The notes under the pieces are model-generated. The model saw nothing but the letters and a program-made list of their open reading frames with translations. It did no database searches and had not been told where the DNA came from. Source: Tubiluchus corallicola (lineage: Eukaryota; Animalia; Priapulida). Taken from it: 64,000 nt of DNA. The stretch is taken from contig JAQGDQ010000331.1 of the NCBI GenBank assembly GCA_030141605.1, forward strand, positions 199,279 to 263,278, given 5' to 3'. A program made the position numbers and the translations under genes. How positions within the stretch are numbered: the first letter of the stretch is position 1; the number at the start of each line of letters is the position of its first letter. Positions 1 to 12,329 of this stretch are shown one piece after another.

Positions 1-166
1 TCTACTAAACTATTTGTGACAAATTATGTTTCCCACGGTCCCATAGAGGGTTCATTTTTTATCCGGGCCATCCAGGAGGACTTGGGGTGGGAAAAGAGCC
101 ACTAAAATGACTCTTTTTTGGCCATTTTTTGTTTTCTTTGCAAAACTTATAAAAGTTTGGGTGCTA

Positions 167-545
167 CAGTCAACCTTGGATATAAGGGACACCTCGGGAC
201 CGGAAAAAACCATCCCTTATAGCCAAAGTTGAGTCAGACCGATGGTGTATCCAGACCAGTACTTTTCTGCACTTACCCATATTTTTATGGATTATTGCTG
301 CACATTCAGTGCAAACGGTATGTAGTGAGTGATGAGAGTGATGTATATGACCGCGGAAACCGAGCCGTTCGAAGGCCGTTTGCGAAAAATTGTGGTTAAA
401 AATGGATCAATTCTGCTTTGATCATAGGGTCCCTTATATGCGAGGTAATTTACCTAGGTTTCTATTACGCGGGACCTGAAGATATTGCTTATAATCGCTC
501 AGAAGTATCCCTTATAACTGAAAGTCCCTTATATCCGAGTTTCTG
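167..545. mobile_element. Tc1/mariner-pogo-like MITE
   Basis: Imperfect TIRs CAGTCAACCTTGGATATAAGGGAC and (reverse complement) CAGAAACTCGGATATAAGGGAC. Flanked by TA at 165-166 and 546-547. Internal repeats of TCCCTTATA. Confidence 0.75.
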
Positions 546-1301
546 TACTCTCATACATATTGACATCATATGTATATAAGCATTTTCTGAACTCAACCCC
601 CAAATTTTCTCAAAAAATGTGCAAACGGCTTCCAGACAAAATCGATTTTTGAAACTGTTTGTGCATCTTGAAAAAAATAAGCCAACTTTTCAAACGACGA
701 AACGATCTGTACAGTTTGAATGTTTCGTTTAGAGAAATGCCCAAGCAATTTTAGCATCTCACAGATTAAAAAATTAGTAAATCACTTTCAGCACAATTTA
801 TTTCTACTAAACTTTGTGTATAGTACCTGTCTTGTAAAAAAGATCTGTTTCTTGTTCGCTTTCGATAATGTGAGGTGCAGGTGCTCGTCCACCCTAAAAC
901 AAACAACACTTGTTTAGCTCAGAGTAAAATGAGTGCACTACTTACTCTACTCACTCACCATGCTGCGAAATCACTTTTTTCTTAAATTACAGAAGAGTGT
1001 GTTGATGTGTGCGAACATTTTAAAAGCACAACACAATTATTATTATTTCAGTAGCATCTCACAGAGTTAGACCTCTACCAATTAGTAATTTATAAGTAAT
1101 TGACATACTTAATATGTACGTAGTTGCAGTATCAACGTTTTCAAAATAGAGCAAATTTTCAATTTATTGTGCTTAGTGCCAGAAAAAAATGAACTATGCT
1201 TTTGAGTGTAACACTGCATGAATAATGGGTCATTTGGCACAGAAATAAAAGAATGTTCTGTATAGAATAGAGCATCATATATATTAATTTCGGTGGTATG
1301 T

Positions 1302-1997
1302 TTTATATATATATGTAAGATTTGAGGCTACAGCTCCGATGACTGCACAATTTGCGACAATCTATATGTCAAATGAAAGGTCTCGATCTAGTGTCTTCTC
1401 ATTGTGGGTTTATTTTCGAATCAGGTCTACCCGGACGAACTGGGGGCGAAAGATCTCGAAAAATGGCTATTTTTCGGTATTTTTGCAAAATTTTACTTCT
1501 TATTTCTGGAGAACGGGACTGTGCCTGGCATGGTGCCGGTAATGGTTAAATAGCCTGTGGGTGTAGTAGTTTTCGCAGGAGGGCCACAGCGCACAGCAAC
1601 AGGCGTTTTCCTAGATGCAACTCGATTGTTTCTAAATTTTGGTCAAAAAGCCTGTAGGAAAAACGTTCTAGCGGTGCCTGTTGGGACTCTCGAAAGGAGG
1701 TATATAGCTCTCTACACAGAGGAGGAACAAGGCTACACAATGGTGACGGCTGTATTTTAGGACATCTTCACCGTCAGGAACTCTGTGACGAGTTGATTGG
1801 AGGTTCCACTTCGGGCGATTTTCGCTTGGAAGACTGCTGATGCAAAGCCATTGTTCTGATGTCATCCATTATACTTTGCTTATAACCTTATAACTTTAAT
1901 TCAGGAAAAGCTGCTACTGGCTTTGCGTGATAAATGAGGACTATGTAGGATGTTCGCGTATTATTGATTATAAGTATATTTATGCAAGGCCTTTGCT
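1302..1997 (+). mobile_element. Non-autonomous Helitron-like dispersed repeat, copy A
   Basis: Colinear and alignable by eye with the reverse complement of 26102-26737. Shared blocks include TATATATATG..GATTYGAGGCT at the 5' end, GCCGGTAATG, TGGGACTCT, CTGCTGATGCAAAGCCATT and TTATTGATTAT. The Helitron class is inferred from the termini. Confidence 0.65.
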
Positions 1998-3013
1998 AAT
2001 TTATTTATTAATCTCCACCATTGCAAAAAAAACAAATAACAAAATAAAAATAACATACAAATGGAGACGGGTGGTGAAAAGAGCAATGGCCGCCAAGTTA
2101 ACCACCCCTATCCTTACATAAAATAAATAAAAAATACAGTTAGGAAACCAACAACAGATGTCAGTATGAACTGTGTGCAGCGTTCTGCCAAGGCAATACG
2201 AGAAATCTTAGCATTTTTGCTGAAACTAGCAGTTAAAATTGTAATGTGATGCCCACTTTCACGTAGGACTTCACGCTTGTGAGGCTGTTCGAGGTAGGTA
2301 ATGTAATTTCAAGCAGATTCTTAAGAACTGCACCAGTAATTCGGTTCGAGTTAAGCAATATTTGTTAAAGGGAAAGAGAAGGGAAAGTCCGTTCCATGAG
2401 ATCTGTTCGAGATTTGCAAGAATTCGAGTTATACGTAGTGTACTGTGTTTTTGTGCTGTCATACTTTAATAAAATGTTAATCTAAATTTGTGGTGTCTTT
2501 TTATGCTTCGTTCATTTTAAACACATACATGGTACATTATATTAAAAGCGGAAGACCAGAACCTGCAGAGTCATGTGACTGGTTTTAAAAAATTCAAATT
2601 ATTGTATTATATAATTAGAATTGCATATGTTTTTAATAAGTTTAACTTAGTGAAGCGATCTTAAAAAAATATTGCCATAGTTAATTTATAGTGAGTCATA
2701 ATAAAATTAAAAAACAAAACTAAAAAAATTGGGTACAACCCTAAATAATATTGGTAGCTAAATGTCTCATGCCCAAGCGTCTGGCATCCATATGTCCGAG
2801 CCCAAATGTCACGCACCTGATGACTTGCATGTAGGACAAACACAGTTAAAGACACTATACTAAAAAATGTTGGAACTACATAGTAGACATACATGTCCAC
2901 ATAGCTTCGTGAGAGTCCCCTTGAAATCTTTGTGAGAGTCCCCTTGTAATTGTTTGAGAATTTTAGCAAAATAAATGAAATGACAAATTAAATATGTCAA
3001 ATTAATTTTTGGG

Positions 3014-6000
3014 TTAATGAATTTTAAATGTACCACAGCTATCTCTTGATGCTACAAGAGTGAAGAAATTCCCAAGGTAAATATCCTGAAAACATACCCA
3101 AAATATGCAGTTATTGAGGCAACTAACTGACTAGTTTGGGGAGCATAAAATTGAAGGGTGTGACTTGTTTTGAGGTATTACAACAAAAATTTCAATTTAT
3201 TTATATACATGGCTATTATAAAAGTTAAAAAGAGACTATGTATGGTATTAATAAGTCGATATTTTCTATAAAACATTTTCCGAAGATTACACTTTTACCA
3301 CGTAAAGTGAACAAAATTTTTGACTTCCAGACTATGAATTTCATGTCTGAATGCAGTCCTTTCTTTCAAAAGAATACTTTTCAGTTCAAATTGATCCTGA
3401 TAAATTTAGAATTAGAAAATATAACTACCAAAGCCAAGTGTTGTCTTATAAACAAATTTCAGGATTGTGGTATCATACCTGAGCATATCGAGATTTAGTG
3501 TGGGCATCAGCATTCTGCTTAGTAGCCTTGTTCTGCAACAAAATACTTTTTGCTACTCAGAGTACAAGCAGCGTGTTTTTTTGAAGATAAAATTGCGCAT
3601 TGCATTTAAGAACAAAATTAGATAATAGCAAAATACTCACAGGAGGCAGGTCACCACACGTGCAGCACTCACTGCACTGACATTCACGGCAATGGCAACA
3701 CTGACAACAAAACAGTCGTTGAAAAAGCCTGAAACATTAAATGATGGTACATTACATTTGTCAAACAAACTAACGAACAAACCTAAGCCAACTACATTAA
3801 CTAATGTATGTTCAGAAATCCAGTATTCTTGAGTTCAGTGAGTGCATGTTCTTGAATGGGACAGATAATGAAAGAAAATCCTGATCATTACATCACATAA
3901 GGACAATAAGATCTTACAGCATTAAAACATGTATTAAATAGCAAATTGCAGACAACATATTTACATATCACGCATGGCAAAATATGCTTGTGACACACAC
4001 TCACCGATAAGTAATGATGGTGCTTCTGTCATAAACTTCTTTAAAAAAAAGGATGCCGTCAGTATTTCAACTTCAACTAGTGATCAGTTTAAAGACCTAC
4101 ATACTAGTACAATGCCAGTAATTAAAACCCACATCTAAAGGCTTGTACACTCTTTAGTCTATGGACATGGATTTTATTTTATGGATATAGATACCATGTT
4201 TTGCAGACACTCAGCTCTTAGATATCGATAAAATTATATAAACAGGAAAAGACTATTTCGCATAAAATTTCACACATTTACTTGCATATCTCTACTAAAG
4301 CTTTATTAAATATTTGCACCTTGATACCTTTAAAAACCTTTAAATGGCATAAGTAAACATAATTACCTTTTGCAAAACCTGGAACAAGTGGAACAGTCAC
4401 CACAAACTTCAGAACAAGCATGACATTTGCAATAACACTTGCGTGTTTTTAGGCAACAAGTCTAAAAATAAATGTTATTATGAAACGACGTGAAATTTAA
4501 AACACGTGTTTAATTTAATTAATTACCTATATTGAACTAAAAAGTTAAAATATTCTTGTTCATGTTAAAAAAGCTTCTTTTGCCACATACGTACCACAAT
4601 TAGAATCAGAACTAACAGGCCTAGAGCACCTGCAAGCACGTATAACCAAAGTTTGTATCTTTTCTCATCATAATAATCCTTGTCTTTCTGTTTTTTGTTT
4701 CTTTCATCCACCATTTGCTGCATCTTTTGGCTAAGCTTAGGCGGAGGACCAACACTAGAAAAGAAAATTCATCAAAAAGAGTTGATCAACTAATGACAGA
4801 ATGGAAATCAATAAAAATTATCATTCAGTAATGAATGAACCAGTTCCATTTGCAATAAAGTGTTGTACATGGACCTGCTTGCACAAAATATATGAAAAGA
4901 CAAGCGTCAACAAATACTTTTAAAAATTACCGAAACACTATCTTGTGTCATCCTGTATCGATTGTTAGGCACTAAATATGATAGGCCCAGCATTGATCCC
5001 AAATCCCAACACACCAAAACTAATCATGCAGATTTTTGCTAACTGCTGTGTTTCATAGATTGATGAACAAAACACTGAAATTAGTATGTCATACCCTTTA
5101 GGCTTCGACCCGGGAGGTCCAGCAGGATAATACTTCTTGCCAAATTTTTTCATTTCTGATAAAAATTCTGTCCGTGCTTGTTCTCTAAGTGTGGCATTTG
5201 GATGCTCAATAATTTTCTGCATATTGATATCGACATAGTTTCGCAGTTCCACTATGGCTCGACGTGAATCAACAGGAGTTTTCTTTTTGTTGATAATTAA
5301 GTTGTTACTTTTGTCAACACGTGGAAGTTTGAACTTTGGGCCAAGAACATGTTGCAGAACACCTAATCTTGGAGCACCTGATGTTTGCTGGGGAGACTGC
5401 TGTTCACTTCTAATAGTTTTAACTGTGTCCCACCAAAATGAAGTCATAGCATTATTGTATGCATTTAAAAGGTCTTTTCTTTTTACTTTATCTTCCTCTG
5501 AATTTATTTTATTTAGCAGTTTAGCAGAATAGTCTACAAGTTTTGTTTTAGTGCTTGGACTGTCCATCACATATGTACGGCCATTAAGTATAAGCAAACC
5601 AAACATATATTTAGGTGGCTTCATAGCTGCAGCCTGACCAGCAACAGGAGAAGTTTCGCTAGATTCAAATTCTTCGGTAGAATTATCATCATCATCATCA
5701 TCTGAGTTGCCCTTAACAGCGGAAGGATTAGAGGCACTTTGAGTTTGTTCAGCATCTTGCTTAAAATTTTCATAGTCTTGATCTACACTGACAGACGTCT
5801 CACTTTGCCTCTTTGCTCTACTCCCAAACGGTCTCTGATTGGATTTCACCACATATGAGTCCAAAAAAGCATTTCGTTTCTGCACATTTTTATGAGTTCC
5901 CCTAGCTTCTGACGTGTCAGCTATTGCACCAAAGTTAAATGATGCCCTGCTTCCATCTTGCTTTAAAAAGACATCATTCACATTGCTTACAGATGCAGCT

Positions 6001-7472
6001 TCTGCTTTTACCCATGTACCTAAGTTGCAATTTTCAGCAAAATTGAATATCTTAACAGCATAAAATATGTTATAGCAAGCTTTAACTATAATATCTTAAT
6101 GAATTAATGTCATTATTGACATGCATGACTTCATATAAAAAATATTAAAACTTATGTAAGTTTTTATGGTAAGATTCTATTGTAACTTTCTAATACGAAA
6201 AAAAACAATTTAGTAAATTTACAATTAATGTCTACTGGACACTTGGACAGGCTTATCCACACAAATTTTTTACTCAAATCTTTTTGAAATAAATGTGAAA
6301 ATTAACTAAATGTAGCTTGTAGGAAGTCTGATAAAATTAAAGCTGTCCTTGAAAGGCTGACGTTGAAAGGAACTGCAAATTTGATCAGCGATTGTATTGG
6401 CAATAATTGCATATTACAGAAATAATATTAATGGCGGCAAGTTACCATTTTCTTGACCATCATCACTATTGTCACATTTTCATCTTTGTCATTATTATCA
6501 TTCAAATCACATTGTATTCCGATCACCATCACCATCATCATTATCATGATACCATCATCATTCATTTTCATTATGGCCAACAACAAACAAACAATTGCAG
6601 CAAAAACAAACAGACAAACAAACATCAACTGCAGCGGTAATGATAATGACAGCAAGAGTGGTTGAGGGTTTGATCCAAATCGCTGAGCACTCACCTGGAT
6701 GTTGCTGTTGGTGGTGGATGACTTTTTGAAAAAAGCCTATAGCCTAGTAGGAATACCGTGAAAATCCCGATTTGCGGAAATTAATTGCAACCAAACTAAT
6801 TGTTTTTTCTGAATCAGCATGTTATGTAGTATTCCAGAAAATTCTCTAAAGAACTGACGATGGGGCATATTTTTAAGAATTTGAATTTTAGGCAAGGATG
6901 AACACTTGAAAGTGAACAAATTTATGCATGGCAAAGATGAGACTACAAAATGCTGTAGCCGTGTAAGATTAGAGAGATGGCATTTCTAGTATTATGCTGT
7001 ACACCATTGTAATCATCTGGGCCATAGTACAAAAAATTGTGAATAGTCAATCAGGGTGCGCTATCCTAAAAACCGCCGTCTCAGACTAACCAAAAAAAAT
7101 GCATTAAGTGATACCATGTTTATTTTTCTCAACCTACCTTTTATTCCTTCTATATAAATTTTTACCTAAACAGTTTACAGCTCTCGACATTGTTATATGA
7201 AATTCCACTAACAGTGGTTACTGAGAGTGGAGCAATAATTGGCACAGGGCATTTTGTGAAGCCACACCCAAAAAAGTGTGACTTGTCACTTTTTATTTTT
7301 TTCTGATTAGCATGAGCAGAAAAATAAACAGATGCTAATCTAACAGTATTGACTTGCTTCATAGCAGAAGTGGTATATGCTGGATAACATTTTATTAAAA
7401 ATAACATCTACCCTTACTTTTTATCTGCAGATGGATGATAAAGAACAACACCAATGCCTCTTTAAACCACAT
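3014..7472 (-). CDS. Orphan single-pass (type I) membrane protein with a Cys-rich cytoplasmic tail, about 460-480 aa; last exon uncertain
   Basis: Exons joined by canonical GT-AG sites in matching phase: 7472-7418 (MWFKEALVLFFIIHLQIK, signal peptide), 6019-5095 (contains most of the 338-aa ORF), 4754-4595 (ends in TM ...LWLYVLAGALGLLVLILIV), 4461-4367 (TCCLKTRKCYCKCHACSEVCGDCSTCSRFCKR), 3728-3641 (LFQRLFCCQCCHCRECQCSECCTCGDLPP), 3532-3479 (NKATKQNADAHTKSRYAQ). Tentative last exon 3085-3014 (DIYLGNFFTLVASRDSCGTFKIH*; alternative donor at 3033). The frame stays open across all junctions. I do not recognise the family. Confidence 0.75.
6440..6660. repeat. Degenerate (CAT)n and (CAAA)n simple repeats
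   Basis: CATCACCATCATCAT.. and AACAAACAAACA runs; these explain the overlapping His/Ile/Met-rich ORFs. Confidence 0.8.
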
Positions 7473-8229
7473 TAGTCAAGCAAGTTTTTTGTTATCAGCA
7501 GATGACTCAAATACATTTTACTTCAGTTGAACTTTCCTTGGTTGGGATACGTGTCTACACGAAACACTTTATTTTATAGTATACGGACTTTGCAGTCAAC
7601 AACTTTTAACGCCAGCTGAAACTAAAATATATGTAATACTGTAAGATTAATATTAAACCTTTACAAGAATGAATGATCAGCAATAAAATCACTTTACTGA
7701 ACATAAGCTGAGATCAGTGGACAGTGAATCTACTGCAAGGTAATATACAAATGTGTTTTGCAAAATACATTATGACACTAGGCCATAATTATTATAAAGA
7801 TAGACATGTATATCCTTTACAGAAAACAATTTAAAAAGAAACTAAAATTATTGTGATAAAATTCATATTGCAAAAGCTGTAAAGTAGCTAATATATTGAT
7901 CAATTTACTGTAGTGCTAAACTTTACGTTAAAATAAAGAAATTACAAATAAAGTTCAGATTCAGGTTCATTGCCGCTGTTCCTTTTATCTCAAGGTAGAC
8001 TGCAAAAAAGGCTATCATTGGGCCATAGTAATATTCGCTTTAATTTAGTTGAACTCTATTAACATTTCTCTTTTCATTACCTCATAAAGAAAGTTTTTTG
8101 CACAAATACACTCTCTTGAAATAGCAAATCAGTTCATCTGCTCCTTCACGGTATCACTCTGACAATTTATCTCTTTTTTTCTTGAACACAGAAAGTGCAA
8201 TTTAACAATAAGTGTTTTAGATCTTCTAT

Positions 8230-8960
8230 ATCATCATTACGGTGACAAATTTCTTGATTTTCACAAAATTTCCATCTAATTGGTGGATTTGTTCTCAAAC
8301 TCCAGAGCACCTCCTGGTTAATGTTCTCGCTTTAACCAATAACTTAAACTTCCATGGATTACTTCATCCATCTAAACCTCAAGGTTTGGACTTATTTCTA
8401 CTATATCTAACCTCCAAGAAAAACCTACCTAACAGACTTTTCCAAATTTATATACCATACAGTTTCATTAACTAACTTCACTAACTGGAACAAAATTATT
8501 TCATCTCTTCTCTGGCACCCTTGTGTCTGCTATGACCTTGCCTCTAGTTAAATCACCAAGTGCTAGGATGTTAAGTGTAAATATCCAAATTAAATTAATC
8601 TGCTAAGAAGATTATTTGATATAACCAGCATGAACAAATCTTTCCATAAAAAGGAAAAACCAGATTCATCCCTAAGAGCCAGTGTGCAACAGCTCTCTGT
8701 TGTCCATAACCATAGAGAAAAATTTCTTTGCATACTTTCATCAAAATTAATCTCCTTTAGATCAATAAAATACTCCCCCAGCACATCCACACATTACTTT
8801 TGGGACTATTACTGACTTTCAGCCAGTCTTTCTCTTCTATCTTAAAGCATTAAATGACATTGCAGTGAATTTTAAAGCACCTGTCACTTTTCTTATATCA
8901 GGTATACTCTCTCGCCAACTGTTTTGCTCTTCCTACACTCTGAGCAACAATACCCAAATA
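8230..8960 (-). pseudogene. Highly decayed LINE 3' region relic
   Basis: Fragments ESMQRNF..TLALRDESG..LLSRL and KLLVKART resemble the post-RT region of non-LTR elements; many stops. Confidence 0.3.
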
Positions 8961-9214
8961 TTTTTCACTTGTAGATTGTTAGTCTCAAAATCGGCCAGTT
9001 CAAATCTATTTTAATTTACAGTGTTATCCAAAAAACTAAAAAAGAATACTAAAAGAGATACTAAACATGCATAATACAATATATGAACTATGACAAGTTT
9101 AAAGCAATAACATTTTATATACATAGAAGATCAAGCAACTGTTTTAAATTACAGCTACTTAAAAAGGTCTCAGTGGTGGTGAAGCCAGAATCCTTGTACA
9201 AAAAGATAGTAAAA

Positions 9215-11464
9215 GGCCCGTGTCACACAGAATTTGACATAATCTGTAAGGCATAAACCATGTAGAGAAAAAGCCACCTCGTGAAAAGTGAATGTATGCT
9301 AATGGTTCTTGTCACACAGATAATCCACTTGCCATCTTCCGCCTACTGCAGGCTGCCTACCGTAAACCGTCAGCCACAATCCTCAATAAGCCCCTCACAA
9401 GCAGTTTGAAGCGGTTTGTAAGGTACCTTATAGCGAGATCAAATGTTTTGTTTAACATGCTCTTTAAAACTGTTTTAAATATTTTGTCCGACTACATTAT
9501 ATACAGACCCAAAATTAATTCTCCTAAAAAGTATTAGCGTAATGAGGCCCTATTTATTTATCATAACATAATTACGTCTCAACCCCCCTCGTTACTTGTG
9601 CAACGTGCTGCTATATGTGATCTTCCGTAGGTGTCAAAAGCTTGTATTGTAAAATAAATGGAGAAACATTTTAGTTAGTTGAAAATATTATCATTATCTA
9701 TATTTAACTTTTTGATTGTATTTTCAATATTATTATGAAATATGAATTACCTTCAAATTGCCTGTTGCTGTAAATGGGTCGAGCCCAAATTGGTCATTTC
9801 TGTTTTTATTTTTTAATATGCTGCATTATGTAAAATACATCAACCGGATCCAGTGGTTGGCTCATTTCAAATCAAGTAAATGAACAAATTATGGTAAGAA
9901 ATTATTGATTCACGCATCCTGCCAAAAACGGGTTGCTATTTACATAGAGAAAGGAGCATACTGCGGATTACGTTACCCGCTTTATAGAAAATGGAATACG
10001 TCTTATAGCTTCCAGCCTTACACTTGTGGATTATGGGTTACTCCTTATGCTGTTCTATGTGTGACATGGGCCTAAGATGACACTATGGCAATTTTTGAAA
10101 TAGCACTCCTGATTGTTTAATTTGGTTGTATAGGTTATTACGCAATTCTAATTTTTTTAAATTTAGTTTCATTATTTCGATTGATATCCCCTCGTAACCT
10201 CACCTCCAGAGTTATTGGGGAAGCTGTGAGGAGCAAGCCATAACTTGTAAACCATAAGGCGTCTCCCAACTTCCGTAAGGCGCACATTGTAATCCACGAT
10301 ATGTGCCTTGCTCTGTGTAACTTGCAAGACATTTTGCCACAATCGTTTTTGGCGGGAGGCACGAAGCAGTTTTCTGGAACTTCCAAAATGTGCCAACCAC
10401 TGGCTTCGGTTGCACTATGGTTCATAATGCAGGATGTTAGACACACTTATTGGGGGGGGGGGGTCAGCATGTGGGTTAGACCTATTTATAGCAGTAGGAA
10501 AAGTGAAAGAGAATTTTCGACTTTATTTCAAACAATCAAGAGTATTTCAGCTACACTAGAATGTCTGTCAATCAATTCATTTTATGAGGTTTTAGCACTC
10601 ATAAGTTGGACAAACTACTGGGAGTTTATAAATAATTTTTCACAGAATTAACTAAGCTTCTATCAGAGTCTATAAAAGTAAACAGACTAATTTAAAACAC
10701 TACGCTAAAAAATATTTCATTATAGACAGAAAAATTACCACAAAAGCTTTGCTGTGATCATCTACAAACAAAACAAAACAATGCTTGCTCGGATCATAGT
10801 AAAAAACCTTGTTGAAAACCTAGAAATTTATGGGGAAAGACTGTCTCATGTTCACGTACAGACGTCGATCTAGATAATGCGTTGATATAATAAAACGGTT
10901 TGTTGTCAAATATTTGTATTAATTTCAAATTTTATTAACAACTACTTAAAGTAATTTTACTTATTACAGGACAGAATAACAGATTTCTTCATTACGGAGT
11001 AACAGACCGTCAGTCGCATATTGTTTAACATGATTGATTGGTCTGCTGCCTCCTGCATGTAGTACACATTTCTTATGTGCACTGTTCTTATGGTAGTCGT
11101 AAATAAGTGTTGTGGGTTAAAGTGCTTTTTAATATTTATAGTATATCAGTGCTACGAATTATTATGATATAAATGAATTATGCACTATCACAGCCATAAA
11201 TGTGATAATGATCTCATTAGAAATGACAAAAAATGCCTTATGGCAATGAAATTAATGGCCAAATTCATTTCCCAATAAGCTGCCTTATGACAGCTCAAAA
11301 TTGCTTGCAAGGAGCCAACTGCAGATTGTGACTAACGGCTTACGGCAAGCAAACTGTGGTTGGCAGAAGACAGAAAATGGATTATCTGTGCGACAGGACC
11401 CATTGGTTATCATATGTTCAGGCTTTTTCTCCTCACGGCTACGTCCAGCTGTGTGACATGGGCC
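9215..11464. mobile_element. PIF/Harbinger-like non-autonomous element with long imperfect TIRs
   Basis: Termini GGCCCGTGTCACACAG (9215-9230) and CTGTGTGACATGGGCC (11449-11464), 15/16 match, with TTA after the right end. Inverted similarity continues about 200 bp (9301-9430 vs 11275-11404). An extra right-end copy TGTGTGACATGGGCC+TAA lies at 10058-10075. Confidence 0.7.
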
Positions 11465-12329
11465 TTAGTGAGATACTGTAACCGTTTTACGTAGGAGAGG
11501 TACTGTAGTGTTTCCTACTTTGCAGTAAAGACATGGCATGTGTACATAAACAAAGAAATTTTGTGCCAAAACTTTAGTTAATGTATTATATATAACAGAA
11601 TATTATTGTGCCTCTCAGCATTCCATGTATATATATCATTTTGCAGTACAAATTTACGGCTGTTTAAGATGCGGCTCAGAGACTCCATGGATATGCAGTG
11701 AGTGCAGGGAAATGTGATGTTCTTGCCTCACAGCTTGGGTAGGCTTGCATTTAAAAGAAATTCAAGCGCTCCCCGTGAGAGATTAGAATCTTACCATGTT
11801 CTTTGTTGAGTAATTTTACTGCCAAATTCCCAGTACATTATTAGTGCATTTTTCATTTAACAACTGACGGGTTAGACTCGTTACAGTTTCCGTTTGGTAG
11901 GCAAGGGTGTCATATGAATTACTTCCTAGAGTGTTAAATCAGCAGAACAATTTTAAATAATTTGAAGTAAACGAATGTTTTTTTTATTCCATGCCTTTTC
12001 TCTTTCGAGCATGTTGTCAAGACAAGAATCTACTATGCTGTCAATTTTCAACTGACAGGAAACAACATATGCTAAATTATATCCTTCATCATACAGTTCA
12101 CAAATTTCAATGGAAATGTGACCATTTCAATAGAAACCCCTGAGACAGTGAATTTAGAGCTTACAAATGACTTGCACACACACTAAAGGTGAATTGAAAC
12201 ATGGTAAATGTATTGGAAACAAATCACTATACAAGCATTTATCAATATTTTTCTGTTAGATTCCAGAATTTAAGATTCCAAACATCTAGTTGTGACATTT
12301 GAAAAAAGCTGGCATATTTCTTGGTAATT

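Noticed and set aside
1887-1940. Possible terminal exon of the orphan gene (VLIYHAKPVAAFPELKL*)
   Set aside because: It falls inside the dispersed repeat 1302-1997, which is homologous to 26102-26737.
2909-2946. Direct repeat GTGAGAGTCCCCTTG x2 (similar short tandems at ~26770-26840 and 54670-54700) as CRISPR-like repeats
   Set aside because: Only two units, no unique spacers of CRISPR length, and a eukaryotic context; ordinary slippage duplications.
4965-5094. Hydrophobic C-terminus of the 338-aa ORF (YDILISVFC...IIFSA)
   Set aside because: It lies past the donor AAAGG|GTATGA at 5094. The in-phase downstream exon supplies a better TM and tail, so this is probably intron read-through.
6407-6694. 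Overlapping His/Ile/Met-rich ORFs, one signal-peptide-like
   Set aside because: By-product of degenerate (CAT)n and (CAAA)n repeats.
6695-6736. 42-nt minus-strand candidate exon with a strong GTGAGT donor, phase-compatible with the orphan gene
   Set aside because: The acceptor is weak, and inclusion would interrupt the signal peptide c-region. Unsupported without RNA data.
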